Source: Patescibacteria group bacterium
Lineage (GTDB): Bacteria; Patescibacteriota; Patescibacteriia; PEXW01
Direction of reading: 5' to 3'
Assembly (NCBI GenBank): GCA_041671325.1
Contig: JBAZBR010000001.1
Location: forward strand, 415,504-479,503
DNA length: 64,000 nucleotides
In this document: in pieces, positions 58,107 to 64,000 of the stretch
Position numbering within the stretch: the stretch's first letter is position 1
How the letters are laid out: the number at the start of each line of letters is the position of its first letter
Position numbers and translations under genes: made by a program
The notes under the pieces: generated by a model
The model's database searches: none
Told to the model about the DNA's origin: nothing
Seen by the model: the letters and a program-made list of their open reading frames with translations, nothing else

Positions 58107-59350
58107 TTTATCTCCTTTAAGTTTCTCATCAGGGCTAAGAACACATCACCAGCGCATTTCTTTACCAAAGCATCATCATTTTGAACTGACTCTAAAGGAT
58201 ACGAGATGAATTTACCATTTATCAAGTACCCTTCTGGATCAATGTACAAAACTTTTAATTTCTTTCGCCTTGCTGCATGCTGAATTTTTCTACGATCCGC
58301 ATGACTTCCGATAACAATTAGACTTTTTGCCTTTGGATGAAATTGTATATTAGGTATTAAATGTTGTTCATCAAACCTTCTTACCATTAGTTCTTTTAAG
58401 CCACTTTTCGTAGCAAGACCATCAAAATTATTGGTAATGATTGACCCAACAATATACCCCTTTTTGTGCAAATTTGTCAAGTGTTTATAGAATTGTGATG
58501 GCTTTGCGGTTAAGCATGTAATATACATATATGTCATTTGATGAAAACTTTCTTTTTGATCAATAATGATGTTCCTGACAAACCGATCTTCGCTTAAGGA
58601 AAGCGTAAACTTACCTGAAATTGGATCCCCAACTGAATAAACACTATGGAGATAATGAAGGGGTGGAATTTTTGCTTCAATTGCTGGCCCACAACCTAAT
58701 TCAACTTGAGCCGGAAAAAATTTAATAAGTTCAGAAACATTATTGATTATTTTTGGATTTCCGCGCTTATCTTTTTTTCTCATACCGCTGTTAAGTATTG
58801 TAAAAGCACGATTTATAAAAAATGGATGTGGGCGTTTATGAGAAAATATTGATATTTCCAAATTTGAATAGTTTTTAGGAAAAATCCTTTTAACATGTAA
58901 ATCAGCAGGATGATTTTTAAATATGTTTAATTCAATATTTAGATCACTTTTTGAAAAACTTTGAATTTTTTTATCTAAAGTTTGGAAATGTTTATTTCTT
59001 GTCCAATTGTTTTTTATAAATAAAGTATTTAGATCTTTTAAATATTGATTTATTTCTTGATTTGGAAAACAATAATTCAACCAAATAGTTGATCTCTGCA
59101 AAGCTAATGCTTTAATGTTGTGTTTATCTTTAACTAAACCATAAGTATGTCGGAAATGAATCATCCTGCGACGTCTGTCATTTTTTTCATGATATCCCGA
59201 AAAAAAGGCATTCTCTTTTTCTTGGGTTCTTCTCCAAATACCCTCATCAACACTTCTGTCCCATTGAAAATTTTTACCAGAATAATATTTCTTCCAGGTC
59301 TTAATATCTTTAACTTTTAAGCTAATTATGTATGGGAATTTAATCGTCAT
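58103..59350 (-). CDS. SIR2-family (sirtuin-like NAD+-binding) domain protein with ~200-aa unknown N-terminal domain. No Zn-ribbon or canonical HG motif.
   Basis: ELGCGPAIEAKIP (GAGIS.ESGIP-like), AKPSQFYKHL...IITNNFDGLATKSG (PN..H...TQNIDGLH..AG-like), LIVIGSHA (IGTS-like). Confidence 0.6.
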   Translation of the reverse strand: MTIKFPYIISLKVKDIKTWKKYYSGKNFQWDRSVDEGIWRRTQEKENAFFSGYHEKNDRRRRMIHFRHTYGLVKDKHNIKALALQRSTIWLNYCFPNQEINQYLKDLNTLFIKNNWTRNKHFQTLDKKIQSFSKSDLNIELNIFKNHPADLHVKRIFPKNYSNLEISIFSHKRPHPFFINRAFTILNSGMRKKDKRGNPKIINNVSELIKFFPAQVELGCGPAIEAKIPPLHYLHSVYSVGDPISGKFTLSLSEDRFVRNIIIDQKESFHQMTYMYITCLTAKPSQFYKHLTNLHKKGYIVGSIITNNFDGLATKSGLKELMVRRFDEQHLIPNIQFHPKAKSLIVIGSHADRRKIQHAARRKKLKVLYIDPEGYLINGKFISYPLESVQNDDALVKKCAGDVFLALMRNLKEIK

Positions 59351-59387
59351 ACTTCCATTTTGCTTAATCCAAAACCCAACCCTCTCC

Positions 59388-62204
59388 CTAAATCGCCGCC
59401 TCCAATTTCACATCCACGGGTGTAATCGGCAAAGTGAATTGGAAAGTGCTGCCCTTGCCTGGGCCATCGCTTTCCACCCAAATCTTGCCGCCATGCACTT
59501 CCACAATCCTTCGGGCCACATACAAGCCCAAACCCGAGCCGTCAGGATTCACCTGGGCAATGCCAAAACCCCGCACGAATTTAGTAAACAAGCCTTTAGC
59601 CTCTTTGGGATCCAAACCCCGGCCCGAGTCTTTAACTTTCACGTGCACCCACTCGCCTTCCCTTTCTGAAGTCAAGATTATACTGCCTTTTTCCGTATAC
59701 TTGATGGCATTATCAACCAAGTTCAAAATCACATCCGTGATCTTGTCGTCAATAGTCAGCAGGGGTAAAGCAGTTTTGGGTTTCTTGTATTCCAATTTCA
59801 ATTTCTTGTCTTTGGCAATCTTGTCCAAAACCTGCAATTCCTTATTAATCATGTCTTCCAATTGCATTGGCCGCTTGTCCAAAATCAATTTCCCGCTTTC
59901 AATCTTGGAAACATCCAAGAAGAGATTGATCAAACGGATCATCCTTTGGCTGGCATCCAACAAGCTTTCGATTATCTTTTTCAAGTCAGGCGTAAGTTTG
60001 CCATAATCCCCTTCCATCAACATGGAAAGGTAACCCATAATGCCGGTCATGGGCGTGCGCAATTGGTGGCTGGCAATAGAAACGAATTCGCTTTTGGCTT
60101 GGTCCAATTCTTTCAAATGCACATTAGCCTCAGCTAACTGTCCATTAGTTTCTTCCAGCCTTCGGACCAATTCAATGTTTTGGTAAACCACGCCAGTCTG
60201 GTCAGTGATTGCCTGCATCATGTTATAGTCATTCCGGCTAATTTCACCTTTGGGTTTGGCCAACAGGAAATCAATCGCGCCCACCACTTCATTTTCCGTC
60301 ACGATCGGCACGGCCACCACGGATTTAATGCCCGCCATCTTTTGCATGGCTTCGCAGCCTTCTTTGGGTACTGGTGGGCTGAAAAAATCCGATAAGTTTG
60401 AACTTACGCGAACTTGCCTGGCTTTCATAGATTCAATTGAAAGGGTTTTATCCACATTATAATCACCCCAATATTCATTAAAAGGCTTGGGCAGTAAAGC
60501 CATGACTTTATCCGTCAGCTTGGTTTTGGTAATGGCTTCTGGAAAAATTTTTCGTCTGGATTCACCCAAAAACAAAAGAATCCCTCCCACAAAACCCAGC
60601 TCGGTATAAATGGCGTCAACGATAGATTGAGTGACTTTCTTGAATTCCAAAGTCTGGGTAATGAGATTGGTAACTTTTTGCACCGCATCCAAAAACCGGT
60701 TACGGTCTTCCAACTGCAAGTTCTTTTGTTTTAACTTTTCCGTGGCCAGGGCAATATCTTTTTCCAATTTGATATTAAATAACCGGATTTCTTCATATAA
60801 CCGGGCTTTTTCCAAAGCACTGGCCAATTGCGGCCCTAATAATTGCAGGAGGTTTAAATCTTCATCAGAAAAAGGATCCCCGGATAACTTTCCACCCAAA
60901 ACTAAAATTGCGGCAATACGATCTTCTGTTAAAACTGGAAAAAGCACTGAAGCGTTCAGTTTATCCAGTTCTTCTTTGGATTTTTCCAAAGAAGTTCTTT
61001 GTTTGTCATCAGTGGTGTCTTCAATTTTCCGCTCCAAGGCTTCCAAAACTACGGTATCTTTTTGCTTTTTAATATACTGAGCCAACGCGCTGTTTCGCGT
61101 TAATACTGTTTCTTTATTACCGGTTGGCAGTTGGTTTACAAAAATCTCTCCACCTTGCCCTGGCAAAATAATCTTTGCTGATTGAATCTTTAAATCTTGA
61201 TGTAATTTAGTTTCAACTTCATCTAATAATTTATCAAGGTCGATTTCTTTATTAATGATTTCAACCAGATTTTGAAGTATTAATTGATAATTAACCTTAG
61301 CTTTAAAAAATAAGTTGTCTGTTATCTTTCCAATATAACTTTTCAACGGATCAAAAATAATAACTAAAACTATTGAAAGAAATATTGCGATTGCTGTTTG
61401 ATATGTTTGATTTGAAACTTGCTGTGGAAGAAATACCGCAAGACTAACAATAAAAACTGAAACTAATAAAACGACTAATGAATAAGTTACCGTCCGAATA
61501 ACAACAAAACGAATATCCAGTAAATGATGTTTCGCAATTGCATAAGCCGTAAATGCTGCGACAAAAATTGCGGCAAATGGCCCAACTTTAGTAAGTTCAT
61601 CAAAACCAGCAAAAGTTGGTAGAATTATATTGGTTAAACTTGCTATTACACCAGAAATAAGAACACCCATAAATAAATACGCAATTTGCGTGCGACTTGT
61701 ACCTTTTGCTTTACGAAAACTTTGAATTGTTCGACCAAATGCTAATGACATGTAAAATATAAAGTACGCGGCAAAAACGTAATAACCAGCACCGGGTGTA
61801 AATAATACACGTCCACCTAATCCTTGATTCTGATCAAATGAAATACTGTTAATAAAATAATTTGTTGGTACTAATAATAACAATACTATTGTTGGCAAAG
61901 GAAGTAATACCAATAACCGTTTAGTTAGAACTTTTCCCCTTAATGGGAAATACAATGTAAATAAAAAGAAAAAGTAGGGAATTAAAATTGGTCCTAAAAA
62001 TGAAGCTTTGCTCCAAAAAATTGCAGTTCCTAAAGAGGTTGATTTATCAGTTAAGTAGTCAGTTATTACCCATAATGCAGATGAAATAATAAATGCAAAA
62101 AAAGTTTGATTAATTTTACTGTGACTATTCCTTGAAATAATAAAAATGCCCAAAAATATAAATAGAATTCCAACTACTATTGACGTTTCATTAAGTGTAA
62201 TCAT
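59388..62204 (-). CDS. Sensor histidine kinase: N-terminal multi-TM sensor, two GAF domains, HisKA + HATPase_c
   Basis: H-box SHQLRTPMTGIMGY; N, G1 and G2 boxes (VDNAIKYT, DSGRGL, GSGLGLYVARRIVE). About 7 N-terminal TM helices. Confidence 0.85.
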   Translation of the reverse strand: MITLNETSIVVGILFIFLGIFIISRNSHSKINQTFFAFIISSALWVITDYLTDKSTSLGTAIFWSKASFLGPILIPYFFFLFTLYFPLRGKVLTKRLLVLLPLPTIVLLLLVPTNYFINSISFDQNQGLGGRVLFTPGAGYYVFAAYFIFYMSLAFGRTIQSFRKAKGTSRTQIAYLFMGVLISGVIASLTNIILPTFAGFDELTKVGPFAAIFVAAFTAYAIAKHHLLDIRFVVIRTVTYSLVVLLVSVFIVSLAVFLPQQVSNQTYQTAIAIFLSIVLVIIFDPLKSYIGKITDNLFFKAKVNYQLILQNLVEIINKEIDLDKLLDEVETKLHQDLKIQSAKIILPGQGGEIFVNQLPTGNKETVLTRNSALAQYIKKQKDTVVLEALERKIEDTTDDKQRTSLEKSKEELDKLNASVLFPVLTEDRIAAILVLGGKLSGDPFSDEDLNLLQLLGPQLASALEKARLYEEIRLFNIKLEKDIALATEKLKQKNLQLEDRNRFLDAVQKVTNLITQTLEFKKVTQSIVDAIYTELGFVGGILLFLGESRRKIFPEAITKTKLTDKVMALLPKPFNEYWGDYNVDKTLSIESMKARQVRVSSNLSDFFSPPVPKEGCEAMQKMAGIKSVVAVPIVTENEVVGAIDFLLAKPKGEISRNDYNMMQAITDQTGVVYQNIELVRRLEETNGQLAEANVHLKELDQAKSEFVSIASHQLRTPMTGIMGYLSMLMEGDYGKLTPDLKKIIESLLDASQRMIRLINLFLDVSKIESGKLILDKRPMQLEDMINKELQVLDKIAKDKKLKLEYKKPKTALPLLTIDDKITDVILNLVDNAIKYTEKGSIILTSEREGEWVHVKVKDSGRGLDPKEAKGLFTKFVRGFGIAQVNPDGSGLGLYVARRIVEVHGGKIWVESDGPGKGSTFQFTLPITPVDVKLEAAI

Positions 62205-63929
62205 TTATTTGCCAAAAATTTTCTTTCCAATATATTGATATTTAACCGCTCCTCTGTTTATAAGTGGACTTTTCTCAAATGGACCCTCTGCGAATTGGAA
62301 GAGTTTTACTAGAATATTTGCAGATTTAAAACGACTATCGACAATTAATTTATACCCATTGCTATAGTTTGGGAGTTGATTTTCAAAAATTCTTTTTATT
62401 ATCCCTACGTCAGCCGAAGTAGTCCCATTCTTTAGTTCCAAATCAATTTCAAATCGATAATCATCAGAAATAGCCATTTGGAAACTTGCAACAAGTTCTG
62501 ACACCTCCTTTAAATTCTCTATCATACGCCCAACTTCTTCGGGATAAATATTGGATCCGTCAATTGAAACCGTACCATCAGATCGTCCAAACACATATAT
62601 AAAAGGTAAAGGAAGTATTTTATTAATATCATTTCCCTGGTTTTTCAAAATTGCTTTTAAATTATATGAATAAGCTGATGAAATTCTAAAGACATCACTG
62701 TAACCTATCATCCCACTATCATCCTCAATGTTATAACGAATTATTGGTTGTGAAGCATGAGATTTTAAAACGGTAGTAAGAAGTTCAGTTCTAGTGACTC
62801 CAGTTGATGTTTTATTTGTAACTTGTTCTTCAAAATATGATATCGGTACACTTTGAAAGATCATGGGTAATCTCTTTTCTATTATTGGATCCCTTCCAAA
62901 AAGTTCTTTGATAAAAGCATTCGCTCTTTGTTCATTAGTAGGCATTACTTCTTCGTTTATGAAATGTTCTTTTGCTATTTCGCTAGCAAGCTTTTTATCG
63001 AATAAGTAAACTTGATTAATACGGATTAAATTACGCAAAATAATAGATAGAGGTGTTTCAAACCCTTCCGCTAAACCTTTATCTGTTGAGCCATAAGAAG
63101 AAGCTATAATGCACTTCTTACCAAGTTTTGTTTTTAAATAATCCCGCCATTCCTCCACAAAACCTTCACCACCAGTAATTACATCAATATGATACTGCGA
63201 CCAAGTTATTCCTTGTCGCTCACCTTCAGTTATCATGTTTCGTAAAAATGGTGGATAACCAGAAATTAAATAATTGTGTTTTGGACCTAAAAGTTTAAGA
63301 GTAGTAATAAGCTCATTAATATCTGTACCAATATTAATCATTTGTCCACACTTTCTTGCTGACTTAGTAAAATCGATTGCGGTTGGCCAGGTACCAAAAG
63401 CCCAACAGTTAAGAATTTTATACTCCTTACCTTTATAGCCAACGATATAATCAATTCCAAAAGGAACAAAAACTTCAAACTTGTCCTCTTCTTTTAATGC
63501 CTGAGTCCAATAAGTAGGATTTCCAGCGACACCTGCACTCCGAAAAATTATTCCATCTTTAGGTAATCTACCCCCCACGCATCGCTGTTCAAGAGGATAG
63601 GTTTTAACGTAATTTTGCTTTGTAGTTTGAGGAACTAATCGAGAAAAATCTTCAATTGTCTTGATATCACTTGGATTAACACCGTGCTCATCTAGAAACT
63701 TCCTGTATGCTGGAGTTGTTTTAACTGCACGTTGAAAAATGAACAATAATTTCTTTTTAGCAACATCCTCTAGTACCCCCGGTTTAATTGAAGTAAGGAA
63801 TTCTTCTAAATATTCTTGATCTGACCAAACTATATAATCAAAAACAACAAGCATTAGATCTGGAATCCAAATATGGTGATTTAGTAAATAAACAAAAACA
63901 CGTACGATAAATTTATTAATTTTTTTCAT
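62205..63929 (-). CDS. Phenylacetate-CoA-ligase-like adenylate-forming enzyme (CapK / coenzyme F390-synthetase family)
   Basis: RSAGVAGNPTYW (AMP-binding SSGTTG-like) and a PaaK-like architecture. 574 aa. Confidence 0.6.
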   Translation of the reverse strand: MKKINKFIVRVFVYLLNHHIWIPDLMLVVFDYIVWSDQEYLEEFLTSIKPGVLEDVAKKKLLFIFQRAVKTTPAYRKFLDEHGVNPSDIKTIEDFSRLVPQTTKQNYVKTYPLEQRCVGGRLPKDGIIFRSAGVAGNPTYWTQALKEEDKFEVFVPFGIDYIVGYKGKEYKILNCWAFGTWPTAIDFTKSARKCGQMINIGTDINELITTLKLLGPKHNYLISGYPPFLRNMITEGERQGITWSQYHIDVITGGEGFVEEWRDYLKTKLGKKCIIASSYGSTDKGLAEGFETPLSIILRNLIRINQVYLFDKKLASEIAKEHFINEEVMPTNEQRANAFIKELFGRDPIIEKRLPMIFQSVPISYFEEQVTNKTSTGVTRTELLTTVLKSHASQPIIRYNIEDDSGMIGYSDVFRISSAYSYNLKAILKNQGNDINKILPLPFIYVFGRSDGTVSIDGSNIYPEEVGRMIENLKEVSELVASFQMAISDDYRFEIDLELKNGTTSADVGIIKRIFENQLPNYSNGYKLIVDSRFKSANILVKLFQFAEGPFEKSPLINRGAVKYQYIGKKIFGK

Positions 63930-64000
63930 TTTAATTTAAGGCTAAATTTCATGATAATGTATATTTATGTTGTGAATCATCAAATTTAATAATACCATCA

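Noticed and set aside
1-64000. CRISPR arrays, rRNA and tRNA genes
   Set aside because: No regularly spaced direct repeats and no recognisable rRNA/tRNA signatures were found on either strand by eye. A covariance-model scan would be needed to exclude small RNAs.

Overview
The window appears to come from a low-GC bacterium that rarely uses Shine-Dalgarno sequences (Candidate Phyla Radiation-like or similar; lineage uncertain). It has four parts.

1. 1-33.3 kb is a dense glycan (LPS/capsule-like) biosynthesis locus. It holds a partial Wzt-like ABC-transporter ATPase with a carbohydrate-binding tail, a CDP-3,6-dideoxyhexose module (rfbF/rfbG/rfbH-like), and two GT11 (alpha-1,2-fucosyltransferase-like) domains, one of them fused to a GT17-like domain. 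It also holds an FnlA/CapE-like UDP-GlcNAc dehydratase and a WecB-like 2-epimerase, with the CapF function split into a separate cupin gene and a separate SDR gene, plus many GT2/GT4 transferases and two SAM methyltransferases. Further along are an AsnB/WbpS-like amidotransferase, a WbpO/TviB-like dehydrogenase with a GalE-like epimerase, a UXS-like decarboxylase, and a GtrA / GT2 / GT-C-like three-part set.

2. 33.9-43.3 kb holds housekeeping and envelope genes: an S8 subtilisin with FG-GAP repeats, an HtrA-like PDZ protease, membrane proteins, lepA and murJ.

3. About 43.3-55.2 kb is a compositionally distinct island. It has higher GC, and every start codon follows an AGGAGG-type Shine-Dalgarno site, whereas flanking genes have none. 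It also has consensus sigma-70 promoters, intrinsic terminators and long noncoding gaps. All its coding capacity is small secreted, lipo- or membrane proteins plus one 909-aa M23-peptidase / FG-GAP / T9SS-C-terminal-domain protein. Four consecutive genes are separated by three near-identical ~70-nt terminator cassettes.

4. 55.2-64 kb holds an Asn-rich anchored protein and a GC-rich noncoding block (written as 56040-56330 in most entries). It holds a P-loop nucleoside-kinase-like gene and a two-gene SIR2-like + Nudix-like operon flanked by direct repeats that include a duplicated histidine-kinase 3' end. Beyond these lie a 7TM-GAF-GAF histidine kinase and a CapK / phenylacetate-CoA-ligase-like gene.

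No rRNA, tRNA or CRISPR array was found. The most promising novelty candidates are the SIR2-Nudix cassette and the foreign island with its iterated terminator cassettes. All functional calls are by-eye motif recognition and need homology or structure searches.
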